A stretch of DNA of 63,560 nt, filler included, from Coriobacteriales bacterium (GTDB taxonomy: Bacteria; Actinomycetota; Coriobacteriia; Coriobacteriales; UBA8131), in the NCBI GenBank assembly GCA_031263105.1. It is 8 parts of 8 records of this genome, joined end to end, with 100 filler letters (N's around TTAATTAATTAA, not from the genome) between each part and the next. Parts side by side here need not be neighbours in the genome. Positions count along the whole stretch, not along the records: positions 1 to 6,682 come from JAISGJ010000110.1; positions 6,783 to 14,893 come from JAISGJ010000152.1; 6 more parts are not named here. The stretch is one strand, 5' to 3'. The notes beneath the pieces are model-generated. The model had not been told where the DNA came from. It saw only the letters and a list, made by a program, of their open reading frames with translations, and made no database searches. Shown piece by piece: positions 1 through 9,611 of this stretch. A program made the translations under genes and the position numbers. How positions within the stretch are numbered: the first letter of the stretch is position 1; every line of letters starts with the position of its first letter.

Positions 1-920
1 TTGTGGTGGCCCGCCATCTCGGTGTAGGAGGAGAACATGCAGCTGTCCCAGCAGCGGAAGCGCTCCCCCTCCTGCATCCTGTTCTCCTGGCTGATGTCGA
101 AGCAGTGGCAGGTGGGGCACACGAAGGTGCAGGTGCCGCACGTGAGGCACTTCTTGGCGACTTCGTCCCAGATCGGGTGCTCGAACATGCGGTCGAGCTT
201 CTCCTTGATGCCCGTGGCGTCCACTTTGAGCGTGCAGGCGGAGTGCTCGGCCTGGGGAGAGCCGGCTTGTGGGGAGACCCCCGCGCCCACTCCGGTCGCA
301 GCCGCACCAGCAGCCGCATCCGCCCCGCCCGGTGCGCCGCCGTCGTCGAGGAAGGGGCGCCACGCCTCGAGCGCCGCCGCGCCCTTCTCCGTCTGCGCGG
401 CCACGAGATAGACGCTGCCGTCCGTGCTGGCGTTGAGCTGGATGTCCGCGCTCGGCGCGGTGTTGGGGTCGAGGCCCATGGAGTCGCAGAAGCAGGTCTC
501 GGCGGTCTCGACGCAGCCGATGGCGACCGTCGTGAGCAGCGCGCGCCGTGCACCGTAGAGCTCGTCGTCGTAGCCCTTGGTGAGAAAGACGTCGTCCATG
601 CACTCGATGCTGCGCGCGTCGCAGGAGCGCAGGCCGAAGAGCACGACCTCGTCCGCATCATGGGAGGCGTCGATAAAGGCGTTGCCTTCGGCGTCGCAGC
701 CGTAGCGGTACATCTTCTGCGTCTGGGGGAACAGGAGGTCCTTGGGCGGCATCAGGGTGTTCACCGCGTCGAAGGCGGGCGCGGTCCCCTGCGCACTCCC
801 CTGCTGGTACAGGGCGAAGCGGGTCGCCGTCCCGTTCTGCTCCCGTGCTGGCACGTAGACCCGTGCCTGCTGCGCGAGCGCTCCCAGAAGGTCGGTCATG
901 CGTTCTTGTTTGAGCAGCAT
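1..920 (-). CDS. flxB: FlxB/AsrA-like 4Fe-4S protein, 3' end outside the window
   Basis: Not in the ORF track. ATG at 920 follows a GGAGG RBS and reads MLLKQERMTDLL...FGLRSCDARSI...KCLTCGTCTFVCPTCHCFDI...RCWDSC; it lies directly after flxC. Confidence 0.8.
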   Translation of the reverse strand, partial: MLLKQERMTDLLGALAQQARVYVPAREQNGTATRFALYQQGSAQGTAPAFDAVNTLMPPKDLLFPQTQKMYRYGCDAEGNAFIDASHDADEVVLFGLRSCDARSIECMDDVFLTKGYDDELYGARRALLTTVAIGCVETAETCFCDSMGLDPNTAPSADIQLNASTDGSVYLVAAQTEKGAAALEAWRPFLDDGGAPGGADAAAGAAATGVGAGVSPQAGSPQAEHSACTLKVDATGIKEKLDRMFEHPIWDEVAKKCLTCGTCTFVCPTCHCFDISQENRMQEGERFRCWDSCMFSSYTEMAGHH

Positions 921-930
921 CCCACACCTC

Positions 931-1866
931 CTACATGAATTCCTCGACGTCGCCGACGTCGTAGCGGCCGAGTGCGTTGTCCAGCTCGTCGGTGAGGCCT
1001 TCCTCGCCGGCGGCGAACAACGTGCTCAGGTCCTTGATGAACTTGCGGTTGAGCTCCATGAGCGGCAGCTCCATGGGGCAGACGCGCGCGCACTCGCCGC
1101 ACTCGATGCAGCGGTCGCCGATGTGGAAGACGCGCGTGAGACTGTAGAAGCGGTTCTCGTTGAGGTTGTTCTGCTTGCCCTGCCAACCGGCGCGCTGCTG
1201 GTCGACGAAGCACTCGCGGCAGGTGCACACGGGGCACACCTCGCGGCAGGCGTAGCAGCGGATGCAGCGGCTGAACGCGTCGTCGAAGTGCGCACGGCGC
1301 TCCTCGCGGCTCAGCGCCTCGATGGCCTCGACCTCCGAGAAGCGCTCCTGGGTGACGGCCTCCATGATCGCGGGGTCGGGGGTGACGGCCTCGCCCAACA
1401 GCTCGTCATAGACGACGGGGTTGGGATGGGCGCAGGCCATGCAGCGGGCGAGCATCTCGCCGGTCGCGCGGTCCTTCACGCCACGACAGGGGATGCCGAG
1501 CAGGTAGACCTCGTCGCGCCTCACCTGCTTGTCGGCAATCATGCGGTTGATGCCGCGCGAGTCGCAGCCGCGCACGCAGACGGCGACCTTGTGGGCTGGG
1601 GCGGCCCCTGCCCCATCGGCACCGGAGGCGGCACGCTCGCTGACCGCAGCGACAAGGGCGTCCCTCTCCGCACTGACATACGTGGCAAGCGTGTTGACAC
1701 AGTGCTCGTTGGCGACGATGGCGCCTGCACGGGCGGCGTCCCGCACGAACAGCGGGGTGGTCTGATTGGAAAAGCGCCCGGCGCCCCAGGCGATGACCTC
1801 GCCCACCTCGCCGGATTCCAACAGCGCGCCCGCCCGTTCGCGGAGCTTGTCCTCGAGGGCTGTCAT
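931..1866 (-). CDS. flxC: FlxC-like iron-sulfur subunit (FrhB/FdhB-like)
   Basis: RGCDSR, CIRCYACREVCPVCTCREC and RCIECGECARVCP motifs; overlaps the flxD stop. Confidence 0.8.
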   Translation of the reverse strand: MTALEDKLRERAGALLESGEVGEVIAWGAGRFSNQTTPLFVRDAARAGAIVANEHCVNTLATYVSAERDALVAAVSERAASGADGAGAAPAHKVAVCVRGCDSRGINRMIADKQVRRDEVYLLGIPCRGVKDRATGEMLARCMACAHPNPVVYDELLGEAVTPDPAIMEAVTQERFSEVEAIEALSREERRAHFDDAFSRCIRCYACREVCPVCTCRECFVDQQRAGWQGKQNNLNENRFYSLTRVFHIGDRCIECGECARVCPMELPLMELNRKFIKDLSTLFAAGEEGLTDELDNALGRYDVGDVEEFM

Positions 1867-2426
1867 TGTGCATCACCGCCTTCGGAGTGACGTGGCGGGA
1901 GGGAGTCAATCGGCGCTTTCCCGGGGTCGGGCACGTAGGGGCCCAGCTTTCGTACCTGCTCGCAGACCGAGATGACGGTGTCGCGGAACTTGCCCGCCTC
2001 GGAACCCGATATCCAGCGCACCTGGAAGCGCTCCGGCTCGAGGCCGGTGTACTCCAAGAGGCGCTTGAAGGCCATGAGGCGGCGCTTGGCGAAGTAGTTG
2101 CCCGAGACGTAGTGGCAGTCGCCCGGGTGACAGCCGCAGATCAGCACCCCGTCCACGCCCTTGTTGAGAGCGGCGAGCGCGTGCTGGGGGTTGACGCGCC
2201 CCGAGCAGGGGACGCGCAGCACGCGCACGTTCGCGGGGTAGTTCATGCGGTTGAGGCCCGCGAGGTCGGCCCCGGAATAGGTGCACCAGTGGCAGGCGAA
2301 GGCCAGGATGGTGGGCTCGAAGTCGGGGGGCGGGGCGGCGGGGGCGGCCCCGGCACCTGTGGCGGCGACAGCTGGGGCGGGCTCGGCAACGATAGGGCCG
2401 GTCTTCTCCCCATTTATCCCTGGCAT
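1863..2426 (-). CDS. flxD: MvhD/FlxD 2Fe-2S subunit
   Basis: FACHWCTYSGADLAG, VPCSGRV and GCHPGDCHY motifs. Confidence 0.9.
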   Translation of the reverse strand: MPGINGEKTGPIVAEPAPAVAATGAGAAPAAPPPDFEPTILAFACHWCTYSGADLAGLNRMNYPANVRVLRVPCSGRVNPQHALAALNKGVDGVLICGCHPGDCHYVSGNYFAKRRLMAFKRLLEYTGLEPERFQVRWISGSEAGKFRDTVISVCEQVRKLGPYVPDPGKAPIDSLPPRHSEGGDAQ

Positions 2427-4396
2427 AGTGCGGCCACCTCTCTCATGATCTGTTCGTCCGAGAAGCCGCGCAGGTCCATTGCGCCGGGGCGGCAGGCGAC
2501 GGTGCAGGCGCCGCAGCCTTGGCAGAGCCCTGGGTTGACCTTCGAGACGGTGCGCGTGACGTGGCGGGAGTTCTCGCGCAGGTGCACCTCTTCAAGCGTG
2601 ATGGCCGTGTAGGGGCAGATCGCCACGCAGGCGCCGCAGCCGTTGCAGAGCGCCACGTCGGAGGCGGCGATCATCGCGTTGGACTCGAGCTCGTCCTTGC
2701 TGAAGAGGATGGCGACCTTCATGGCGGCGGCCGAGGCCTGCGCCACGCTGTCGGGGATGTCCTTGGGGCCCTGGCAGGTGCCCGCGAGGTAGATGCCGCC
2801 GGAGTTCGTCTCGACGGGGCGCAGCTTGGGGTGCGCCTCGGAAAGCCACAGGTCCTTGTCGCGCGTGATGCCGAGCATGCTGCCGAGGCGGTCGGCCTCG
2901 GGCACGGGCACCATGGCCGTCTCGAGCACCACCATGTCCGCATCGACGCTCACCTGCGCGCCGGAGAGCGTGTCCTCGCCCTGGCAGACGAGCTTGCCTC
3001 CCTGACGGTATATCTTCGAGACGCGCCCGCGCAGGTAGTGCGCGCCGTCGCGCTGGGTGTTCATGTAGAACTCGTCGTAGCCCTTGCCCGGCGTGCGCAC
3101 GTCCATGTAAAAGACGTAGCACTTCCCGTCGGGGACCTTGTCGAGGTACTGATGGGCGTGCTTGGCGCCATACATGCAGCAGGCGCGCGAGCAGTAGCTC
3201 TTGCCCTTCTCGGGGTCGCGTGAGCCGACGCATTTGATGATGACGACGCTCTTGGGCTCGGCATTGTCCGAGGGGCGCAGGATATGGCCCTCGGTCGGCC
3301 CGGAGGCGTTGACGAGGCGCTCGAACTGCAGGCCGGTGACGACGTCCTCGTAGCGCCCGCCGCCGTACTCGCCGTACAACTCCGCCCAGTCGATGAGCTG
3401 ATACCCGATGGCGACGACGATGGCGCCGTAGGTCTCCGTGGCCACCGTGTCCTCGTCCTCGAAGCGGATGGAGCCGACCGGGCAGAGCTTCTCGCACACG
3501 CCGCACTTGCCGGTCACGAACTTGCGGCAGTGCGCGACGTCGATGGTGGGCTTGCTCGGCACCGCCTGGGCAAAGGGCTTGTAGATCGCCTTGCGCTGCC
3601 CGAAGCCCTGGTCGAACTCGCTCTCCACCTTGACGGGGCACTTCGTCTCGCAGAGCCCGCAGCCGGTGCAGCTGGCGTAGTCGACGTACTTGGCCTTCTC
3701 GCGGATGGTCACCTCGAAGTTGCCCACGTAGCCGCTCACCTTCTCCACCTCGGCAAGCGTCTTCACGGTGATGAGGGGGTGCGTGCCCACGTCCGCCATC
3801 TTGGGCGTGCAGATGCAGGCGGAGCAGTCCATCGTGGGGAAGGTCTTGTCGAGCATGACCATCTTGCCGCCGAGCGAGGGCTCGCGCTCCACGAGCGTGA
3901 CGGGGTAGCCGGCATCGGCGATGTCGAGCGCGGCCTGCATCCCGGCGATGCCGCCGCCGATGACGAGCGCGCGCTTGTTCACGGGGATGGTCGTGGTGAA
4001 CAGCGGCGTGTCGCGGTCCACCTTGGCGGCCGCCATCCTCACGAGGTCGATGGCCTTTGCCGTGCCGTCCCCCTTGTCCTTGTGCACCCAGGAGCACTGC
4101 TCGCGGATGTTGGCGATCTCGAGCATATAGGGGTTGAGCGCCGTGTCGCCGAGCATCTTGCGGAAGGTGAGCTCGTGCATGCGCGGCGAGCAGGAGGCGA
4201 TGACGATGCGGTCGAGCCGGTGCTCGATGATGGCCTCTTTGATCGACTGCTGCCCGGGATCCGAGCAGGTGTACTTGTTCGTGTCCGCGAGAACGACGTT
4301 GGGGAAGGTGCGCGCGGCCTCGGCGACGCGCTCCACATCGACGGTGCCTGCGATGTTGGAGCCGCAGTGGCAGATGAAGACGCCTATCCTGCTCAT
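2414..4396 (-). CDS. hdrA: Heterodisulfide reductase-like subunit A (FAD, 4Fe-4S)
   Basis: RIGVFICHCGSNIAG, IGGGIAG, DKTFPTMDC, YCSRACCMY and QGPKDIPDSV motifs. Confidence 0.95.
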   Translation of the reverse strand: MSRIGVFICHCGSNIAGTVDVERVAEAARTFPNVVLADTNKYTCSDPGQQSIKEAIIEHRLDRIVIASCSPRMHELTFRKMLGDTALNPYMLEIANIREQCSWVHKDKGDGTAKAIDLVRMAAAKVDRDTPLFTTTIPVNKRALVIGGGIAGMQAALDIADAGYPVTLVEREPSLGGKMVMLDKTFPTMDCSACICTPKMADVGTHPLITVKTLAEVEKVSGYVGNFEVTIREKAKYVDYASCTGCGLCETKCPVKVESEFDQGFGQRKAIYKPFAQAVPSKPTIDVAHCRKFVTGKCGVCEKLCPVGSIRFEDEDTVATETYGAIVVAIGYQLIDWAELYGEYGGGRYEDVVTGLQFERLVNASGPTEGHILRPSDNAEPKSVVIIKCVGSRDPEKGKSYCSRACCMYGAKHAHQYLDKVPDGKCYVFYMDVRTPGKGYDEFYMNTQRDGAHYLRGRVSKIYRQGGKLVCQGEDTLSGAQVSVDADMVVLETAMVPVPEADRLGSMLGITRDKDLWLSEAHPKLRPVETNSGGIYLAGTCQGPKDIPDSVAQASAAAMKVAILFSKDELESNAMIAASDVALCNGCGACVAICPYTAITLEEVHLRENSRHVTRTVSKVNPGLCQGCGACTVACRPGAMDLRGFSDEQIMREVAALCQG

Positions 4397-5592
4397 GGGG
4401 CCACCGCCTCTCTGTCGGCCTGGGGAATGGGGATGAGGTCGGGAGCGGGACCCACATCGGGGGCGGTGGAGGTGGGGGCCTCGGTGGAGACCACCCCGGC
4501 GCTTCGCGCCGCCCGGGGGCCTATCGGCCCGTTCTCGCTGGAAACGCTACGCGTTTCCCGGGCGCTCGAACCCCCTCCGAGGGAGGGGAATGTCGATGCC
4601 GCAGCGGAGATGGAAGCGGCGGGGGCGGCCGGCGCGGGGGCGGCCTCGGGGGCGGGGGCGGCGGAGGCGACCGGCGTGGGAGCCTCGGGGGCGGCGACTT
4701 CGGCGGGCTCCGTGCCTGCCGTTCTCGCCGTGTCCTCGGCCGGCCAGAAGTGGCGGTCGATGCCGAGCTGCCTCATGCTGCCGCCCATGGCGATGCCCAA
4801 AAGCTCGGTGAAGTAGTAGACGGGGATGTCAAACGGCACCGCGCCCCGAGCCGCGCGCTGCGTGTTTATCTCCTGCTCGCGCATGTCGAGGTTGAGCAGA
4901 CAGAGCGGACAGGCCGTCGCTATGGCCTCGGCGCCGCAGGCGGCGGCATCCTCGAAGATGCGCTCGATGAGCCTGCGCGCGGCCTTCGGCTCGCTGATCT
5001 GATGCGAGGCGCCGCAGCATTCGGTCTTGAAGGCCCACTCCACCGGCTCGGCACCGGCGATCGCCATGAGGCCGTCCATGCTCTGCGGATCCTCGGGGTC
5101 GTCAAAGGCGCATACCTCGACAGGGCGCACGAGCGCACAGCCGTAATAGCTCGCGACCTTGAGCCCGTGCAGGCTCGACGTGAGGGCGGAGGCGATCGCC
5201 TCCCTGTTCTCCGGCAGGGCCATGACCTCGAGGAAGCTCATGACATCGGCGCACGCCTCGTAGGGCATCTCGATGAGTTCTTCGAGGTGACGACGGTTCT
5301 TCTCGCTCGCGCGGGCGTAGTGCACGGCGGCCTTGAGGGAGCTGTAGCATCCGGCACAAGGGGTGGCGACGGTAAGCCCAGGGTCCATCCGCTCGGCGAG
5401 CGCAAGCGAGCGGGCCGGGAGGGCGACGGCCAAATCTCCGTCGGTGACGAGCGCAGCAGAGGTGCCGCAGCAGCACCAGTCAGGTATCTCGGCCAGTTCC
5501 ATGCCGATGCGCTCCCCCACGTAACCGGCGGAAAGCGTGAAGGAGATGCCCGTGGCCGTGGCCGAGCAACCGGGGAAGTACGCGTACCTCAT
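4393..5592 (-). CDS. hdrB: Heterodisulfide reductase-like subunit B with a long repeat-derived C-terminal tail
   Basis: YFPGCS, WCCCG, YYGC, TECCG and TACPLC (CCG domains). Confidence 0.9.
   Translation of the reverse strand: MRYAYFPGCSATATGISFTLSAGYVGERIGMELAEIPDWCCCGTSAALVTDGDLAVALPARSLALAERMDPGLTVATPCAGCYSSLKAAVHYARASEKNRRHLEELIEMPYEACADVMSFLEVMALPENREAIASALTSSLHGLKVASYYGCALVRPVEVCAFDDPEDPQSMDGLMAIAGAEPVEWAFKTECCGASHQISEPKAARRLIERIFEDAAACGAEAIATACPLCLLNLDMREQEINTQRAARGAVPFDIPVYYFTELLGIAMGGSMRQLGIDRHFWPAEDTARTAGTEPAEVAAPEAPTPVASAAPAPEAAPAPAAPAASISAAASTFPSLGGGSSARETRSVSSENGPIGPRAARSAGVVSTEAPTSTAPDVGPAPDLIPIPQADREAVAP
4451..4597. repeat. 147-bp structured repeat (family B) inside the hdrB tail
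   Basis: Near-identical copy at 48141-48287 and a partial copy at 53195-53255. Confidence 0.85.
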
Positions 5593-6326
5593 GGGCGCTC
5601 GCCCCCTTCGTTTTGGTGCGCGTTCGCGTCCCGGTCGTCAGGAGGACGCGTGTCAGGGGGACGTAAAACTTGACACGTTGACGTATCCCACTGTGCATTC
5701 GGTATATCCAACGTGTCAAGTTTTACGTCCCCCTGACACGCTACGTCCCCCTGACACGCGTCCCCCTGACGACCACCGAGGGCCCTGTCCACAAGGCGGC
5801 GCACCGCCGCCTTGTCCCGCACGCTGTGTATCTTCGGCCCGATCATGCCGCGTGCCGCCATCCGGGGGGCGTTGAGCACGTCCTGGAAGAGATGGCCGGA
5901 GAGCAGGTTGTACTTGGCGGCGAGTATCGCCTCGTTCGACTTGCCGAAGCTGCGGATGTTCCCCACGAAGGCATCGTCGAAGATGTCTGCCTCGCGCACG
6001 GGGCGCAGCCCCCGCTTCTTGGCGGTCCGCCTGACCGCCAGCATGATGGCCGAGATGTCGACGCCCTGTGGGCAGCGCACCGAGCATACCATGCAGTTCG
6101 CGCATATCCAAGGGGTTTTTGCAGTCAGCGCCCGGTCGATGAGACCGAGCTGGAGCATACGGACAAGCTGACGGGGCACCAGATCCATCGCGTGGGCCAT
6201 CGGGCAACCGGCCGTGCATTTGCCGCATTGGTAGCAGTCCGTGAGCGTGACATCCGCGTCCTGCTCGATCCCGGCGACGCGCCTGCGGTCCTCGTCGGTG
6301 ACACGGGAGAGGTCAAGCGTTTCCAC
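5589..6326 (-). CDS. hdrC: Heterodisulfide reductase-like subunit C
   Basis: CYQCGKCTAGCP and WICANCMVCSVRCP; GTG start at 6326 after an AAGGAGG RBS. Confidence 0.9.
   Translation of the reverse strand: METLDLSRVTDEDRRRVAGIEQDADVTLTDCYQCGKCTAGCPMAHAMDLVPRQLVRMLQLGLIDRALTAKTPWICANCMVCSVRCPQGVDISAIMLAVRRTAKKRGLRPVREADIFDDAFVGNIRSFGKSNEAILAAKYNLLSGHLFQDVLNAPRMAARGMIGPKIHSVRDKAAVRRLVDRALGGRQGDACQGDVACQGDVKLDTLDIPNAQWDTSTCQVLRPPDTRPPDDRDANAHQNEGGERP
5633..5774. repeat. Long inverted repeat (family C) inside the 3' end of hdrC
   Basis: Arm GTGTCAGGGGGACGTAAAACTTGACACGTTG pairs with CAACGTGTCAAGTTTTACGTCCCCCTGACAC. Confidence 0.85.
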
Positions 6327-6530
6327 AACGTCCTCCTTCTTGGTCGGCCTGCGTCTTTGAGAAGCGCCGATGCGCCCGTTGCACCTCCAGGCAACGGACA
6401 TCGAAACCTGCCGTACAAGCCGCTGTCTGCAAACCGAGTATCATGAAATTGTACGCACTGCGCCAAGACGTGACCCCACAAATCGGGCACCGGCACCTCG
6501 TATGGTACCAAGACGACGTTGCGGCTCACA

Positions 6531-6682
6531 CCCCACTGTCATTCTGAGCGTAGGGGCGAAGCCCCGCAGTCGAAGAATCTTTGGCCGCGAAGCGGCCAAC
6601 CGCAGACGAGAGGCTCCCCGATCTGCGGTTGGCCGCTTCGCGGCCAAAGATTCTTCGACTGCGGGGCTTCGCCCCTACGCTC
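6531..6682. repeat. REP/MITE-like palindrome, family A (TGTCATTC-tagged), cut by the gap
   Basis: CCCCACTGTCATTCTGAGC...GAAGAATCTT/AAGATTCTTC nested hairpin. Confidence 0.8.
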
Positions 6683-6782
6683 NNNNNNNNNNNNNNNNNN
6701 NNNNNNNNNNNNNNNNNNNNNNNNNNTTAATTAATTAANNNNNNNNNNNNNNNNNNNNNNNNNNNNNNNNNNNNNNNNNNNN
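6683..6782. other. Artificial contig linker; others at 14894-14993, 23885-23984, 33569-33668, 37591-37690, 45706-45805 and 60671-60770
   Basis: N runs around TTAATTAATTAA, which has stops in all six frames. Confidence 0.98.
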
Positions 6783-6980
<198 letters not shown>

Positions 6981-6984
<4 letters not shown>

Positions 6985-8075
6985 AGATAGAGTTGCACGA
7001 ACTGACTGTCCGCGAGGTCACCGAGGGCTATGCCGACAACAGCGAGGAAGGCGTGACCGGCTACGGCGGCAAGCTGAACATCCGTCCCCCGTATCAGCGC
7101 GAGTTCATCTACGACGAGAAGAAGCGCAACGCGGTCATAGGCACAATACGCAGAGGCTTCCCGCTCAACGTCATGTACTGGGTGGTAACCGACAACGACT
7201 TCGAGGTTTTGGATGGTCAGCAGCGTACCATCAGTTTCTGCCAGTACGTCAAGGGCGACTTCTCGGTCATTGCCGATGACGGAAACCCCAGGTCCTTCCA
7301 CAACCTCACCGTGCCGGAACAGAAGCAGATACTGGACTACAAGCTCATGGTGTACTTCTGTCAGGGCAACGACAAAGAGAAGCTCGACTGGTTCAAGACC
7401 ATCAATATCGCAGGGGAGAAGCTCACCGACCAGGAGCTCCGAAACGCCGTCTACACCGGCCCTTGGCTCTCTGATGCCAAGCTCAAGTTCTCAAAGAGCA
7501 ACTGTGTGGCATTTCTTCTCGCGAAAGACTACGTAATCGGCTCGCCCATCCGGCAGGAGATATTGCAGACTGCCATCGACTGGGTAAGCAAAGGAGACAT
7601 CCGAGGCTATATGGCAGAGCACCAGCACGATGCCAATGCCAATGCTCTTTGGACGTACTTCCAAAACGTCATCACATGGGTCACACTCACGTTCACCACG
7701 TACCGCAAGGAGATGAAGGGGCTGGAGTGGGGCGAACTGTACGACAAGTACAAGGACGTCACCTACGACACCGATGCCCTGGAAAAAGAAATCAAGGGCC
7801 TCATGGCCGACGATGACGTGACCAAAAAGAAAGGCATCTATCCGTATGTCCTCACACGCAGCGAGAAACACCTGAGCATCCGCACCTTTACGGACAGCCA
7901 GAAGCGAACGGCATACGAACAGCAGAGCGGCACCTGCCCGAGATGCAAGGGAAGGTTCGAGTTTGACGAGATGGAAGCCGACCACATCACACCATGGAGC
8001 AAGGACGGCAGAACCCTGCCGGAGAACTGCCAGATGCTCTGCAAAGACTGCAACCGCCGAAAAGGCGATGTCTGA
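6981..8075 (+). CDS. DUF262 (ParB-like) plus HNH endonuclease, GmrSD-like defence nuclease
   Basis: RPPYQREF, LDGQQRT and F..IN..G (DUF262); C-terminal CPRC...EADHITPWS...ENCQMLCKDCNRRK (HNH); AGGAG RBS. Confidence 0.85.
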
Positions 8076-8137
8076 GAGCAGAGACGATTACACGTTATAT
8101 TCTGCGTGCCCTTGGTGTGGAGAATTATTGTGCCTTT

Positions 8138-8521
8138 TCAGGAAGATATGTTTGCCCGGACAAATGCGACGAGGGTATCGTAGGTCGCCGCGCCTGACGC
8201 GACGTCGAGAATCGTCTGTTCCAAGTCCTTGTGCCGTGGCTTGAAGCGGAGGCCGCTCAGGCGCAGGAACGCCATCATGAGCGCGGCGCCCGTCCGCTTG
8301 TTCCCATCGGCGAAGGGGTGGTTCTTTATGATGCCATAGGCATAGCGGGCCGCCTTCTCCTCGATGCTGGGATACAGGTCGATGCCATCAAAGGTCACGA
8401 AGGGCTGTGTGAGCGCAGAATCGAGCAGGCCTTCGTCGCGTATGCCGGATAACCCACCATGGTTTGCAATCTGTACCTCATGGATCGCCAAGACACCCTC
8501 GTATGCGATTGTTTGCATCAT
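8138..8521 (-). CDS. doc: Doc (Fic-fold) toxin
   Basis: GIRDEGLLDSAL and HPFADGNKRTG. Confidence 0.9.
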   Translation of the reverse strand: MMQTIAYEGVLAIHEVQIANHGGLSGIRDEGLLDSALTQPFVTFDGIDLYPSIEEKAARYAYGIIKNHPFADGNKRTGAALMMAFLRLSGLRFKPRHKDLEQTILDVASGAATYDTLVAFVRANISS

Positions 8522-8778
8522 TTTGCCAGCGCCTCGAACACATCAAAATACTCCGCATCGATTTCGGCAGCAATACGAAGCAGCTCTGACATCTCGGCTT
8601 GCTGCACGGCTTCCGTCACCCTCTCCTCCCGCTCCTCCGCCGCCCCTGCCGGCGCTATCACCAGCCAGGGCTTGCTGTTCTTGAAGACGGTCACGGGCCT
8701 GCCGCTGCGGGCGATCTCCTCGCCGAGCCGTGAGAAGTTCGAACGTGCCTCCGACGCGCTGACGGTCAACATGGCCAT
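8518..8778 (-). CDS. phd: Phd/YefM antitoxin
   Basis: VSASEARSNFSRL...PVTVFKNSKP; ATGA overlap with doc. Confidence 0.85.
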   Translation of the reverse strand: MAMLTVSASEARSNFSRLGEEIARSGRPVTVFKNSKPWLVIAPAGAAEEREERVTEAVQQAEMSELLRIAAEIDAEYFDVFEALAK

Positions 8779-8820
8779 GCCTTGCTCCTTATCCTAAACA
8801 ATATCGCTGTAATCATATCA

Positions 8821-8840
8821 CAAATTTACGCGTAAATTTG
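8821..8840. promoter_or_regulatory. Perfect 20-bp palindrome, likely Phd operator
   Basis: CAAATTTACGCGTAAATTTG about 40 bp upstream of phd. Confidence 0.65.
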
Positions 8841-8875
8841 AAGCATGGTCATTTGCTCATTTGCTCAGTTGCCGC

Positions 8876-9178
8876 TCAGTTGCCCTCTATGCGCGACAAC
8901 CAATAGCCTGGCTCACGTTTCTGGTGCGCCACAGCAACGACCTGGGGGCCCGTGTCCAAGATACGGTAATGGATGTTATAGGGGAACTTCGTCAGCACAC
9001 AACGACGGAGTCCGTCGCGAACGGGATAGCGCTTAGGGTCATCCGCGATTCGTGCAAGCGTAGCTTCGATGGCTTCTATGAAGCGCAGGCCGACACCCTC
9101 GCTACGATCGCTATAATAGCAAACAGCCTCAAAGTACTCCTTCCTTGCCGCAGCAAGAAAATCGACCTCAGGGTTCAT
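8876..9178 (-). CDS. RelE/ParE family toxin
   Basis: RRCVLTKFPYNIHYR...VVAVAHQKREPGYW. Confidence 0.85.
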   Translation of the reverse strand: MNPEVDFLAAARKEYFEAVCYYSDRSEGVGLRFIEAIEATLARIADDPKRYPVRDGLRRCVLTKFPYNIHYRILDTGPQVVAVAHQKREPGYWLSRIEGN

Positions 9179-9444
9179 GCCGTCAGTTCCTTGGCACACG
9201 CAAGACGACGTTCGACCACTAGCGCCCGAGCTTCGGCAAATACCTGCTCGGCAGGAATCGCCCGCGATTCTCCTCTGTCAAACTCATCGCAGCGACGCCT
9301 GCACTCCTCTGCCCACAGCCTGTCGTATTCTTCCTCGTCGAATCCCGTATCGCCTTCCATGAGATCCATGAGGAAACAGTAGATCTCAGAGCGCGACTCC
9401 GCGTCGAGCTTTATCAGTTCGCGCTGCATCTCTTCGACGGTCAC
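9175..9444 (-). CDS. Addiction-module antitoxin component
   Basis: W.EEC.RR..E...G....IPAEQVF pattern; GGAGG RBS; overlaps the toxin gene. Confidence 0.75.
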   Translation of the reverse strand: MTVEEMQRELIKLDAESRSEIYCFLMDLMEGDTGFDEEEYDRLWAEECRRRCDEFDRGESRAIPAEQVFAEARALVVERRLACAKELTA

Positions 9445-9611
9445 GGCGCACCTCCTTCTACGGGAATTCCACCCACATCATACCATAGGGGCCAATCGGG
9501 CACGAACAGACCGTCGCCCGCAACGCCTCGGCTTACCCTGTGGCGCTTGAGTGCTTCGTGGGGTGACGTGGGGCGACAGAGGGGCGGGGCGAGAGGAGCG
9601 GCATGCTCCTG

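Noticed and set aside
6683..6782. Recurrent TTAATTAATTAA motif within N runs (seven times)
   Set aside because: Artificial contig-joining linker; gene adjacency across it carries no information.
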